Notes under the pieces: model-generated | Told to the model about the DNA's origin: nothing | Database searches by the model: none | Seen by the model: the letters and a program-made list of their open reading frames with translations, nothing else | In this document: positions 11,060 to 49,845 of the stretch, in pieces | Position numbering within the stretch: the first letter of the stretch is position 1 | Layout of the letters: every line of letters begins with the position of its first letter | NCBI GenBank assembly: GCA_002269645.1 | Contig: NIVC01001045.1 | Location: forward strand, 62,001-126,000 | Reading direction: 5' to 3' | DNA: 64,000 bases | Source of the DNA: Macrostomum lignano | Lineage: Eukaryota | Made by a program: the position numbers and the translations under genes

Positions 11060-14000
11060 TCACTCTTCTCGACTGTCAGCGGCATCACCAGAGGCTGCCG
11101 TGACGACATCCGATGGCCACCAATCAGGTTTGAACACTGTCGCTTCGCAGGCTACACCGCTGTTCAATTTGCATAGCAACCGTTGCTGGGGGCCGCCTTG
11201 GATTCGACCGAGGCGAACTAGTGCAAGCCCGCGACCTTGATGAGCTGATCGTACCTGGGTAGGTGGGAGACAGGGCTTTTCAGATTTAGTCTATTCCCTA
11301 CTGTCTAATCCAGTTTATTTATTCTGTCTGTCCACCGCAGTATATTCCCTACTGTCTACACAGTCTACCCCCACAGTCTACCAAGTTTACCCAAACAGTC
11401 CAACAAGTCTACCAAGTCTACCCTCACCTGTCTACCAAGTCTACCCTCATATGTCTACCAAGTCTACCCTCACATGTCTACCGAGTCTACCCTCACATGT
11501 TGACCCTAACATGTCTACCAACACTTGTCTACCAAGTCTACCCTCACCTGTCTACCATATCTACCCTCACCTGTCTACCAAATCTACCCTCACCTGTCTA
11601 CCAAGTCTACCCTCACATGTCTACCGAGTCTACCCTCACCTATCTACCAAGTCTACCCTCACCTGTCTACCAAGTCTACCCTCACCTATCTACCAAGTCT
11701 ACTCTCACCTGTCTACCAAGTCTACCCTCACCTATCTACCAAGTCTACCCTCACCTGTCTACCAAGTCTACCCTCACCTATCTACCAAGTCTACCCTCAC
11801 CTATCTACAAATTCTACCCTACTGTTTATCGAGTCTACACTACAGTCTACCAAGTCTACTCTCACTGTCTACCAAGTCTACTCTCACCGTCTACCAAGTC
11901 TACTCTCACCGTCTACCAAGTCTACCCTACAGCCTACCAAGTCTACCCTTACCTGTCCAACAGTCTCGCCATTCCTGGCGTCAATCAAAGTGGCCCCGGC
12001 CAGCGCAGCGCAGTCAGCGCCAGAGTCGGTGAACAGCACCGGGGCCAGGCGCTTTCGCACAACACCGGTGTGATGAGTCCGGGCAGTGAGCTCCTGGCCC
12101 AGGTAGCAGCCTTTGTTGAAGCTGACTCCGTTGAGCAGGGCTGCGTTGCACTCGAGTGGCAGGGCCCGGCCGGGCGGATGGTCGACGGGGCCCTCGCCTA
12201 TGCCCAGGCGGTATCTAAGCGTGGGTAAAGGAGATTATCCAAGCGTAAATTAAACGATTATTTGTCCTGGTTTAGACTAGATTCTAGATCCCAGATCCTA
12301 GATTTCAGATTCTTAGATCCCAGATCCTAGATTTCAGATTCTTAGATCCCAGATCCTAGATTTCAGATTCTTAGATCCCAGATCCTAGATTTCAGATTCT
12401 TAGATCCCAGATCCTAGATTTCAGATTCTTAGATCCCAGATCCTCGATCCCAAATCCTCGATCTCATTTCCTCGATCCACGATCCCAGATATCAGATCCT
12501 AGATCCCAGATCCCTGACCCCAGATCCCAGATCCCAGATCCCAGATTCTAGATCCCAGATCCCAGATCCCAGATCCTAGATCCTAGATCCCAGATCCTAG
12601 ATCCCAGATCCTAGATCCCAGATCCTAGATCCCAGATCCCAGATCCTAGATCCCAGATCCCAGATCCTAGATCCCAGATCCTAGATCCCAGATCCTAGAT
12701 CCCAGATCCTAGATCCCAGATCCTAGATCCCAGATCCTAGATCCCAGATCCTAGATCCTAGATCCCAGATCCTAGATCCCAGATCCTAGATCCCAGATCC
12801 TAGATCCTAGATCCCAGATCCTAGATCCCAGATCCTAGATCCCAGATCCTAGATCCTAGATCCCAGATCCTATATCCCAGATCCTAGATCCCAGATCCTA
12901 GATCCTAGATCCCAGATCCTAGATCCTAGATCCTAGATCCCAGATCCTAGATCCTAGATCCTAGATCCCAGATCCTAGATCCTATTCACTACTGTCTGAC
13001 CAGATCTAGATTCCAGATCTTAGATAACAGAGGTACAGTTTACAATAGATTAAAACAAACAACAATCACCGAGTCATCCTGTAGGTCCCAGTCTTAGCTG
13101 ACTGCAGGCCGTCAAGAGCGGTCGCGCTCTGATCTCGCCGAATGAGCCAACGATGCGCCCAGCCTACTGGCAGCCGAGGATCTCGGACCAGACACTCGGA
13201 GCCAGGCCGGCTGGAGAGACTGTGCAGCAGCTGGGATTCGGCCTCTGATGAGGACTCTGCGCTGTCTGCCAGTTTGCAGGATGCAGATTGTTTTATTGTT
13301 TTATTGCCTGAATCTGAATGAGCAATCAGCTGACCTAAGCCATCTCTACACCAATCAGATGTAATCATCTCAATCAAGTAGATCTAACCATCGCAACCAA
13401 TCAGATCTAACCATCGCAACCAATCAGATCTAGCTATCGCAACCAATCAGATCTAACCATCGCAACCAATCAGATCTAGCTATCGCAACCAATCATATCT
13501 AACCATCGCAACCAATCAGATCTAACCATCGCAACCATTCAGATCTAACCATCGCAACCAATCAGATCTAGCTATCGCAACCAATCATATCTAACCATCG
13601 CAACCAATCAGATCTAACCATCGCAACCAATCAGATCTAGCTATCGCAACCAATCATATCTAACCATCTTAACCAATCAGATCTTATCATCAGACCCTCC
13701 CCTGTGAAATCCAAAAGCTGACCATCGAGTCCAGCAGGCAGCAGTGCGGCCACGAGCAGCTTATCGCTAACATCGGCAATTTCAACTTTCTTTCTCAGCC
13801 GATATCGTCTCAGATGCTTGGCTAAATCGGCCAAATCGCTGGACTCAGATTCGATTAAGTAAACTCGATGTTCCGGATTATCTGAGTCTGAGCGAACGTA
13901 GACAATGGTGTCGAATAATACTCGGCCCTGCAGTGGCAATAAGCGCTTAGTGTATTGCAAGTAGCCTATAAAGCATATCAAACTTTTTAATAACACTCAC

Positions 14001-14321
14001 CTGAGCATTGAGCAGCATTGAGAACACTGCGCCACGTTGACACTTATCTAAGCAGCTTAGATCATTGGTAATGAGGCCTTGTAAATAGGATTTAGCATCT
14101 AATCCATTCACTTGAAGTAGAGAACGTTCATTTAGCAGTTCATATTGCAGTGGAGATTGCTGATCTTTAGCTTGATAGCACAGAAATCTTCTTTGACACT
14201 GAAGCATTTGTATAATGCAGGCATTGGCTGCAGCACGTTTGCTTTGTGAAATTTTGCACAATCCCAGTTGAGAGTGCAAACTCTTTGAAAAGAGTCTTAG
14301 AGCATTAGATAGCATTGGCAT
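11060..14321 (-). CDS. IBA57: IBA57 (YgfZ/CAF17 family) mitochondrial Fe-S cluster assembly factor, ~392 aa
   Basis: Exons (minus) 14321-14001, 13927-13723, 13265-13070, 12214-11953, 11254-11060; total 1179 nt, in frame. Motifs [28 protein letters not shown]|[22 protein letters not shown], signature [27 protein letters not shown] and C-terminal GLALVRL..PDWWP. N-terminus looks like a presequence. Intron-2 boundaries and start codon (14321 vs 14315) are less certain. Confidence 0.93.
11350..11950 (+). repeat. 23-bp minisatellite in IBA57 last intron
   Basis: Unit GTCTACCAAGTCTACCCTCACCT; generates spurious ORFs 11451-12228. Confidence 0.93.
12280..13022 (+). repeat. 7-bp (GATCCYA)n array preceded by a 29-bp higher-order unit, IBA57 intron
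   Basis: GATCCCA/GATCCTA tandem; the left part is GATCCCAGATCCTAGATTTCAGATTCTTA x~5. Confidence 0.94.
13380..13685 (+). repeat. 23-bp minisatellite in IBA57 intron 2
   Basis: Unit GATCTAACCATCGCAACCAATCA. Confidence 0.94.
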
Positions 14322-14960
14322 GTTGTTGTAGCTTATTTCAATGTCTGAAATGTTTGTAGATAAAGGAAATATGATGATATTATTAAACATGCAGATGTCA
14401 AATTATATTGTAAATGTTTGAAATACTATAGTTTAGTATCTAACCAAGGTATTTTAAAATATATTGATTAATTTGTAATAGCCAAAGTTTATAATGTCTC
14501 TCATAATAAGAAGTATTTACTTATAAGTTTACTTATTGAAACCCTATATATTAGTATATATTGAAATATATTCACAACTAATGGCTAACTCAATTAGTAT
14601 TAACTGTGATAGAACAAAACTAAATAGCAAATGACAATTTTTTAAATGTTTTTATCATTTCATAAAATTTTGTGAACAATCAAATATGTCTACTTTGTTT
14701 TTGGTTAAACTGAAAACTTTGGAGATTGCATATATATATACTTTTTTTATGATTAAATTTAAGCAATTTTGATTTAGAAACTCAAGATTTTAATCTATGA
14801 TTTTGAATATTTAGTTGATTTAGACTCTTATTGACTAATATTCTTATTGTCTAAAAATTTGCTACTAATTAATAATACCTAGTTGATATTGCTAATGGCA
14901 ACTATATAACCTCCTTATTAGATGTCATTTTTAGCTCAACTAGAAAAATATTTGCTACTT

Positions 14961-15400
14961 AAGTAGGGTGTCCAGCGAGCCTATTTTTAGCATGTGCAAA
15001 ACCTAAAAACGGTAAAAAGTGGTCTTCTTTAAACGAATGTAACTTTTTAAATATTTTAAGATATGACAACGTTCTTATATTCATTGAAAAGAAGGCAAAC
15101 AGATCTTTCAAACGACATATAGTTTACATGTTTAGGACATACGATTACAAAGATACAGCCTGTCAAACATCGTGTACATTTTCGTACATTTTCAAAACTG
15201 TGCCGAATTTGCTTGAAAATATGGGATCGGGAGGATTCGTTTTTTAGTAAATGAGTGCATAACTGCTAAGAATGCTTGCACACTGAGTGTAGGTAACTTC
15301 CTGGAGGTCATTTTAAATGAACTTTTTTTGTTCAAAAATATGTACATGTAAAATTTAAAATGGCCATAACTTTTGAATGGAAAGAGCGGCCACCCTAATT
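14961..15400. mobile_element. MITE-like element (tentative)
   Basis: Imperfect terminal inverted repeat AAGTAGGGTGTCC / GGCCACCCTAATT. Direct repeat TTTGCTACTT at 14951-14960 and 15404-15413. AT-rich non-coding interior. Confidence 0.3.
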
Positions 15401-18400
15401 CTTTTTGCTACTTACTTCTAGGGACAAAATGAAACTTTTAGGCTAGACAGGATGAGTGTAACTCTTGCCACAGTATGCCTAATGGAAATCGCCAAAATAC
15501 ATGCAAATCCCCATAGGGGACATAAAAATCGGGAAATTTTTGAAGCTCGAAAGAATGGCCAGTTAGTTTCTTCGATAAAATGATAGCAAAACAGGCCAAA
15601 CTCTTTGTCCCAAAGGCACATCCTGATAGCTTTTGCCGCACCAAAGTTATTAAGCATAATTGGCACAGGTGTACATGCAAAATACACTACAGAGATAGGA
15701 AAAATGTACATTGAGGGGTTGTACATTCGAAAAGAAGTCATATATGCAATTTTTTTTAAAAATGATAGCAGGACTTTGGATATACTTTATCTTTTATGCA
15801 TTTCTTACTAATCCATTCTTTACTTGCAGATCTTGCAGATGCCAGACATGCTGCACCTACATGTATACAGTATCTGCTATGAGCGCTTGACAAGCTCATG
15901 GTGACAGCTTTCTACACAGTCGCCTCTGATCATTCCAGCTGGGCCCGAAGATCGCGCTTCGAAGCTTCTTGAAGGCCTGCATCGGCGCCCCTCTTCTCTA
16001 AAGGGGACGAGGCAACAGCAGCAGCAGAGAAATGTTGACAAACTGGCATGCTGGAAGTCGACTCTGGCGCAGTTGCAGCTGGGACCACTGCAGGAAAGAC
16101 AAGTGCCTGGTCCATGTAGATGGCCCAGGGACTCTGCTTGCCAGCAGCTTTCTCGCGCACCTTCGACCTCAACAGGTCCCGCATTCTTTCCTTCACTTTC
16201 GTTACTGCCTGCCACAGCCACAGGTTTTAAAGTTATAAAGTACGTCTGGTTCAGTGTATACAGACAGACTGATACATTCTGCCAAGCTAATTAATACAGT
16301 ATTAAAGCACTAAAATGGAAAAGCTGAGTAAGAGCTGAGCTGATTAAAAGGGTTCTCAGTCTCCCCCAGTCAATTCAGCTTCTGGCAGACAAACTGACTG
16401 GGAATGAAAACGGGAGCAGACGAATCGACTGTCATACTCTCATCATGTACATGTACATATACAATGTAATCACGCTGTGTAGTGTACTGCCCCCAAGATT
16501 GTTAGATTAGCTACGAGCGAGTCACCAATGCGACACTTATCGCCGAACTGGTGTCCGTCTTAGCAAACTGTTGCGCAGTTGGCGACTCCAGTCTCCAGCT
16601 GCCAGGCCATGTCAACCAAGCCGATTCGTATTGCCCGCAGCTGGTGCTGATGCTGCTGACGCTGTAGGCACCTTAATACTGGAGAGGAAAGGCACGCACT
16701 CGCATTTTATTGACTGCCTGCCAGCTGATGCAGCTGACACCCTTGACACTGCCGATGATGCGACCTATACATTCGTGTCAAAGCCCTGAAACCCACCCTG
16801 TAACATTGTCTCGATCATGCCTGACTGGCTTGACTGTAGTAGCTACAGTTGTAGTAATGTAGTAGACTCATAGTACAATGAGAAGACCAGCACAGCAGAC
16901 GAAATGCTCATTCAGATATTTGCTGACGAGCTGACTGCAGATGAATTGGTAGCAGACAAATTGACTGGATTACAACGGAAAGCTATTGTGCTGAAAAGTG
17001 GACACAGTGAACAAGTAAATGAATCAAGTAATGCAGGTAAACTGTAAAGGTAGATTCAATTGCTGCATTCGGGCATGGCCTTTTCAAACATGAAAGTACA
17101 TGATTTAGTAACATATTACTTAGTAAAGCATTGATTCATTACAATTGTCAGATGGACTACAAAAAGTTTTTAATGACTTCAGCATGAAGATAGAAGATTA
17201 GAATTGTCAGGAGCTACATCGATTTTTAGACAACCAGAGTGGTACTTTAGAAGACTCATTTTCATGGAAATAATGGTCAACTTTTTGCATACTACTTACA
17301 GTAGAAAGTCAAAAATCTTACTATTATAGTATATACAAGTATTACTTTAACAGGAAAGTAATACAAATTAAGTTTAATAGAAAGAATACCATGATAAAGC
17401 CAAAAAGTGGTACTCTAGAAAAAAAAATTTTCTTCCCCTTTTCTGTCTTAATCCCTAGATATCTGCTTATATAGAACAGTATATATGTACAAAAATATTA
17501 GAAAATGTTAGAAATAACACCTAAAACACTAAAATCAGTTATGAAGTAAAAAAGTTACAGACATTTTACTGCAAAAAACATGCTTTTTTGCCCAAAAATG
17601 GCACAGTTTTTAATGTATTTGAGATAGGAAAAAAACACAATTTTTTGAAACCAAAAACTTTATAACTTTTTTATTACTTGATCAATTTTCAAAACTTTGG
17701 TGTCATTTTACTCATAACATCCAGGGCTACAACATGGCATAGTTAAAAATTTGAGTTTCAAAAAAAATTTTCTTACTGGACCCCCTAACAGTCTTAAGCT
17801 ATAGTATAAAGACAAATTAATTAGATTGCATATATAGCAAACTTTATTTTTATTTTTCAAAATACATCCATATACTAATAATTAATAATTATATCATAGC
17901 TTGTTATATTAAAAAAATTTTGTTATTTGTAAAATGCATTTACCTTATTTAGACAAAATTGAAACCCTATTTATTTGTTTAATTTTACTTTTCTAACACT
18001 GTTTACTATAAAATACAAGAATACAATATAGCTAGCTAGGATTTTGGAATATTAGTTTAATAAAGGGCCTATTGCAAAAAATGAAATGAGTTTTAGAAAA
18101 ACAAAATATTAGAGTTGGCTTACGCAAAACAGCCAGCTAACTAACTAGGAAAGTCTTTATTTATTTTATACAATTAGGCCTAGTTCATAGAATAAGGTTA
18201 AAATTTCAAATTTTCAAAAGTAGAATTTTTTTTAAAGTTTAGAGTTTTCAATTACCTATAAATGGGGGTAGGCCTATGGCTTTATCCTTGCTTGAACCAC
18301 TTCTCTGATCTCTCCAGTCTCCATAAGGCATATAGGCCCTAATTGATAGGTATGTCTATGATAAGTATTAGACATAGACTATAAATACAAAATATAAGAA

Positions 18401-19633
18401 AAATTAAGTTATTTTTGTTTTACTTGCAGTGCAGTCCTCCACTGATTTAATTATTAGCAGATTTTTGTAGCTCAATTCACTCAAGTAAAAAAGTGAAATT
18501 TTGGCTAATGTTTTGCCTCTTTCCATCTTTGCTGCGACTGCAAATTAGTGACAAAAATTTAAGTATAATCGAATTCCAGCAATCAACATTCAACACGTTT
18601 TCAGCCCTCATGCACAAGGCATGAAATCATGGACAGGATAACCTAAACCTCAACAAAAACCTCAACAAATTTTGCATTTCTACTGATCTGATAGGTTTCT
18701 TGTAATGATCGTACGCGCCAAAATCATATGTATTTAAACAAAAAGTATATATATTAATCCTGTTGCATCGAGGTATATTTTACTTATTAAAATGCGTAAG
18801 TTGAAGAGTTGTATAGTTTTTATATTGCCAGCTATAAAGTTGTTAAAGCCTTCTAACAGTATACTGAGTCTTTAGCGACTTTTTAGAATTTATCATACAC
18901 TTAGCTTCTGCAATTTTGGCCACATTCTTTTCAATCACACTTAACATCAGCTTGCCAAGGGTTGCATTCTGCAAAGCATTTGTTGACGTCATTTTCGGTG
19001 TTGAATTTATTAACCAGATTAGATCATTTTTTCTTAAAACAACACTAAGCAATTAAATTTGTCTTACTCTTCTTTCTGTTCACTAAATGAACAAAAAGAT
19101 TTGTATAGTCACGTAGCAACTATGAGAAATTAATTATTTTATTTGATCAAATCGAATTCACTATCTAATATCAGACTACTATTGTATAATAGAAAATAAT
19201 TAGTGGTGCTTATCCATGATTTTTTAAAGCTGTACAAGTAATGTAACCAATGTCAAATGTAAACTTACAGCTACAGATTTAGTTTGAATCTCTTTCAGTG
19301 GTTGTCCTTTTTATATAAGGCTTTATTCAGGTGATATGGCATATGTTAAAATTTTTGGTAATCTTTTAAAATATAGTAAATGCACAATTACAGACAATCA
19401 ATGAAAGTCTTAACAAAAGTTTGTAATTGTATTATATAGGTTTGATATAATATGACTATTATTGGTTTATTAATTGCGTTGTACCTTTTCAAATTCATGC
19501 TATCAAGATGCACCCCTAAAAGGAAAAAAATAATTGAGGCTTAACTCGGCTCATCTGTTGAGCCATTGATTAACAGCTGATCTCACAATTTATAGCTTCA
19601 TAAGCCTCTCGCCAGTTTGAAACTTACCTTGAG

Positions 19634-37492
<17,859 letters not shown>

Positions 37493-37584
37493 GCTGAGCA
37501 AACTGCTGCATTCATTAGTGATGATGACCTCAACTGTCTCCACAACAAATTAGTGATTGTTTGCGGTAGTTCAGTGTTGGAGCT

Positions 37585-38170
37585 GATAGGGATCTGATAA
37601 GGATCTGATAGGGATCTGATAGGGATCTGATAAGGATCTGATAGGGATCTGATAGGGATCTGATAAGGATCTGATAGGGATCTGATAGGGATCTGATAAG
37701 GATCTGATAAGGATCTGATAGGGATCTGATAAGGATATGATAAGGATCTGATAGGGATCTGATAAGAATCTGATAAGAATCTGATAAGGATCTGATAAGA
37801 ATCTGATAAGAATCTGATAAGGATCTGATAGGGATCTGATATTGATCTGATAAGGATATGATAAGGATCTGATAAGAATCTGATAAGGATCTGATAGGGA
37901 TCTGATATTGATCTGATATGGATCTGATAGGGATCTGATAGGGATCTGATAAGGATCTGATAGGGATCTGATAGGGATCTGATAAGGATCTGATAAGGAT
38001 CTGATAGGGATCTGATAAGCATCTGATAAGAATCTGATAAGGATCTGATAGGGATCTGATATTGATCTGATATGGATCTGATAGGGATCTGATAAGAATC
38101 TGATAGGGATCTGATAAGAATCTGATAAGAATCTGATAGGGATCTGATAGGGATCTGATACAGGGATCTT
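37585..38170 (+). repeat. 11-bp array GATA(A/G)GGATCT just 3' of PLD stop
   Basis: About 52 copies; source of the (IRSLSDPYQIP)n minus-strand ORFs. Confidence 0.95.
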
Positions 38171-38864
38171 TATTAAATTGTTAGTCACATGTTTACATAT
38201 AGCTACAGTTTTTCTTTTCCAATTTCTATAAATTGGATCAAGTGATGATTTATATAAATATTAAGATGATATAAATAAAGTGTTTAACATTTTCCCAGCT
38301 AAAACAGCTGTGTCTTCTGTCTCAAGCTGATCGGGATAATATCATTTGATATTTTTTTAATAACTGGCATTTTACCAGTGTAACTACTCTATCAATTTTT
38401 TTGCAATTTGAAAATGCTCCGACTACAGCTTGTCCTATTTTGTTTCCACGGAACCTGAAACTCACAGTTTTTAGTAATTTTTTCCCGATTTACGTTTGTT
38501 ATACTTTTTCTCGACAGTTAAACAAATAAAAAAGTCATCTCATTCTGTTGATGTTGTGAATTCTATACACATTATACACTTCTTGTGTCGCAGTCAGTTT
38601 GTTCAAATAATAAGCTTATCTTAATCCGAACGATTTATTTATTTGATTGTAAATATATTCTTCATTCTTAAGTTTTAGAAATTTTCTTTCAATTTTGCTG
38701 GCCTTCTATGCAATGCTGTGCCTTCAGCTCTCGTCTGGCTGTGTTAAAAAGATATGTCTTATTCTGTTTGCATTCTGCTTTTATTAAACTTTGCGCCTAA
38801 AATCAGTTTGAAGCAGTAAAAAGAATGGAAAGTTAATAATTATATAATTAAAATGAGTTCAGCC

Positions 38865-39437
38865 GTTATAGAGTGGTGCCACTGGCGCCGTTTTAAATTG
38901 GCGCGTTGGTGCTATTATAGATTGGTGGTCGTTATATATTGGCACCGTTACAGAGTGGCGCCGTTATAGATTGGTGCCGTTATAGATCGGTGCCGTTATA
39001 GATTGGTGCCGTTATAGATCGGTGCCGTTATAGATTGGTGCCGTTATAGATTGGTGCCGTTATAGATCGGCGCCGTTATAGATCGGCGCCGTTATAGATC
39101 GGCGCCGTTATAGATTGGCACCGTTACAGAGTGGCGCCGTTATAGATCGGCGCCGTTATAGATTGGTGCCGTTATAGATCGGTGCCGTTATAGATCGGTG
39201 CCATTATAGATTGGTGCCGTTATAGATCGGCGCCGTTATAGATTGGCGCCGTTATAGATTGGCGCCGTTATAGATCGGCGCCGTTATAGATTGGCACCGT
39301 TACAGAGTGGCGCCGTTATAGATCGGCGCCGTTATAGATCGGCGCCGTTATAGATCGGCGCCGTTATAGAATAGTACTATTGGCGCCGTTATAGAATAGT
39401 ACTGTACTATTGGCGCTGTTATAGATTGGCGCCGTTA
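38865..39437 (+). repeat. 16-bp minisatellite
   Basis: Unit GG(C/T)GCCGTTATAGAT(C/T); period 16 at 39069/39085. Confidence 0.94.
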
Positions 39438-40165
39438 AGCACAGCTGTGTTGACGCAGTCGTTAATGCTAGCGATATCTAATCCAGTGCCAGCAGGAATA
39501 AACATTAGCCAGCCCATGCCAGCTCAGTCTGCCCGCCCAGCAATTATTTCGCTTAGCTAATTGAGTCTTAAAAGCTGTCTGCCCACGCACTGCCACCCAC
39601 GCCATTCGATTCCTCACTTCGGGCCGCGCCCGCCCATAGCGGATTTCGCGTCATTTTTGGAGACGAATATTTGCAGCTGAGGACTGCAGGGATGAGGGAT
39701 GAAAGTAACGACTCCCTCCCCCCCAGTCAGCCTCTCTGCTGCATCACCACAGGTCCGAAGCGATTGAGCACTCTCAAATTGTTCTGTCTACGAAGAGCCT
39801 CGCTTTCTCTCCTACTCTCCCCCTCTGCTCCTTCACCACTCTTGGCTGAGAGACCGAAGTCGCTTCTTCCTAGCTGCATCATTCTTCCCCCCAGAGCTCC
39901 GTGTGCGCTCCGCGAATGGGCGGACACTCGTGAGACGAACAGGGAGAAATATTCGCACACACACACACACACATACACACACATATATGCTCCTCTCCCA
40001 GAGGGAGAAGGGATTACAGGGACAGTGGAATAAAACGCGAATTAGCTTTCAGCTCCCTCAACCGCTGCCTCCTTATCTAGAACCCTCTAATCCCTTCTCT
40101 CGACTGAAGTTAAATAGGCTTCGAAATTGGACGGATTTTGACGCACAAAAAATTTGATCGTTGCC

Positions 40166-47634
<7,469 letters not shown>

Positions 47635-47649
47635 CTGGGGATTGGGTAG

Positions 47650-48090
47650 AACAGGTGTATCATAGGTGTCACAGGTGTATTACAGGTGTAGCACAGGTGT
47701 ATCACAGGTGTGCCTCAGGTGTATCTCAGGTGTATCACTGATGTGTCACAGGTGTAGTCACAGGTGTATCAAAAGTGTATCACAGGTGTTTCACAGGTGT
47801 ATCACTGGTGTATCACTGGTGTATCACAGGTGTAATCTCAGATGTATCACTGGTGTATCACATGTGTATCTCAGGTGTATCACATGTGTATCTCAGGTGT
47901 ATCACTGTTGTGGCACAGGTGTATCACTGGTGTATCTCAGGTGTATCACAGGTGTATCACTGATGTGTCACAGGTGTAGTCACAGGTGTATCACAAGTGT
48001 ATCACGGGTGTTTCACAGGTGTATAACAGGTGTATCACAGGTGTATCTCAGGCGTATCACAGGTGTGTCTCAGGTGTGTCTCAGATCATG
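47650..48090 (+). repeat. 11-bp degenerate array (CAGGTGTATCA)n just 3' of WS/DGAT stop
   Basis: CAGGTG/CTGGTG-cored 11-mers; degenerate continuation to ~48280. Confidence 0.9.
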
Positions 48091-48282
48091 ACAGGTGAAC
48101 CACCATGCTGTGAAAGGTGACCTCCGTGACCCAATATGATACAACGTGATCCACATTTGCATCACAGGTGATCTAAGGTGATAACAGGTGAGCTATTTTT
48201 ATCTCAATGGGGCGAAAGTTGATCCCAGGTGAGTCACAAGTGGTCCCAGCTGGTGATGACTGGGTGATCACAGGTGATCCCA

Positions 48283-49845
48283 TGACTTACTTGACTTAGC
48301 TGCAGGGTGGTCCGTAGACACAGCGGGGAGGCGAGGGTCGCCCATTCCGCTAGCCCCTGAAGGCCCGTAGACAGGCAGAGGCGTGGGGCCGGTCAGGGTG
48401 GTCCGTCGGTCCGTCCTGCAGCGTGATCTTCCGTGGGGAAGAAACTGGCTCGTCTAGTCGCCCGAAGGAACTGGATGAGCCGTGGGATGCTGTCGGGCTG
48501 GCAGACCTCGTCAATGGACGGGTTCGGCCCGAGGTAGCGTAGCCGGTCTCTGGTAAAGAAAGGGCAGTGACAGACAAAGTGCTGAGCATCTTCATTGTCG
48601 CACTCGCAAAAAGGGCAAAGTTCGCTCTCGAGGTCGCCTCGGAGGAAGCAGTGCCTGGCGAGGTAGCCATGGCCGGTGAGAGTCATGACGAGGGCTCGGA
48701 TATCCTTCCGATTTTGGTTCAGAAGGACGTTCCTGAGTCTGCGAGACGGGCAAGGAACCGCGGCACGAGATTGCCGGCAGTTTTAGGTGCCCGCCCATCT
48801 GTCCCTGTGGAGGGAGTCAGCCCAGTAATCGATCTGACGATTGATGACTGTCGAAGGTATAGGGACCAGGGGGCAGGGCAAAGGAAAGAGCCAGAGCCGC
48901 CCCTCTTGGCGAGGGTGTCCGCCAACTCGTTCCCCGGAAACCCTGCGTGCCCTGGGATCCACTTCAGCCTGACAGTATTGCTACTGGCCAGGAGGTTGAG
49001 CTGCCGGACGCAGTCGGCGACTGTCCGGGAGTTCGTTGTGGTGTGACAAAGGGCCTGTAAGGCCGCTTGGCTGTCGGAGTGGATGACAATAGTCTCTCCT
49101 CTCGTACCCTTGGCGTCCAGCTCTGCAGCGCAAGAGCTGATGGCAAGGACTTCGTTCTGGAAGACTGTAGAGAGTCTGCCAGTGTGCTGGGCATGCGTGG
49201 CAATGACGCGGCCGTTGATGATGATGCAGACCCCAAAGCCGGCGCGACCGTCTTTGATGGATCCATCCGTGTAGCAGTGGACCTCCTGAAAATTCAAGTG
49301 GTCATTGGCAGCATCCCTAGAGGGTTGAGAGTGCGGGGTTCACCCTCAGATAAGACGTGAAGGCCGCCGCCGTCTCTCAAGTCTTTGAGGCAGAGGTAGG
49401 CGTGGGGCAGAAGCTTGCGCTTAGCCATGGCCCTATGGGGCAGGAAACGAATGCCGGCGTCAATCAGACGGCGGGCAGTCTTAGCCGCTTCCCTGCGGAC
49501 AAATATGTCCTGCGGGGGAACGTTGAGGAAGGCGTTGAGGTCATCGTAAGGAGCAGACGGGGGGTGCTCATGATCATGCGACATGCGCGCGCTTGCGCTC
49601 TTCTGAGAGCCTCAAGGCAAGGTCTTCATCTGCAGGGCGCTAGCCCAGATCAGGCCGCCATACGAGATAGCAGGCCTAACCATTGCAGTGTAGATCCACC
49701 AGAGGCGCTCGGGGGTGCAGAGCCCCCAGGTGGTGCCGACAGCCCTGCGCAGTTGCACGAGGACTGCGAGGGCCTTCTTGGCTTTTGCTTGAACGTGGGG
49801 TGACCAGTTCAGCCTGTGGTCCAGATGATCCCGTATGTCGTTTCC
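48283..49845 (-). mobile_element. 5'-truncated non-LTR retrotransposon (LOA/Lian-Aa1- or R1/I-group-like): end of RT, RNase H and C-terminal Cys/His finger; frameshifted
   Basis: Minus-strand pieces LDHRLNWSPHV..TWGL..WIYTAMVRPAISYG..W; RNase H YTDGS..VFQNEVLAI..HSDSQAAL..LKWIPGHAGFPGNELAD; LTGHGYL..CPFC..EDAQHFVCHC. The 3' end has a short TAAGTCAAGTAAGTCA repeat. The coding sequence is split over several frames. Confidence 0.9.

Noticed and set aside
8011-14321. IBA57-IRF operon (same strand, trans-splicing lineage)
   Set aside because: A ~3-kb gap containing a 1.6-kb satellite and poly(A)-like signals gives no positive evidence of polycistronic transcription.
18430-19080. Decayed transposase-like coding remnant on the minus strand (e.g. 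YDFGAYDHYKKP..)
   Set aside because: Multiple stops in every frame and no motif I can assign to a family; needs tBLASTx/HMM to revisit.
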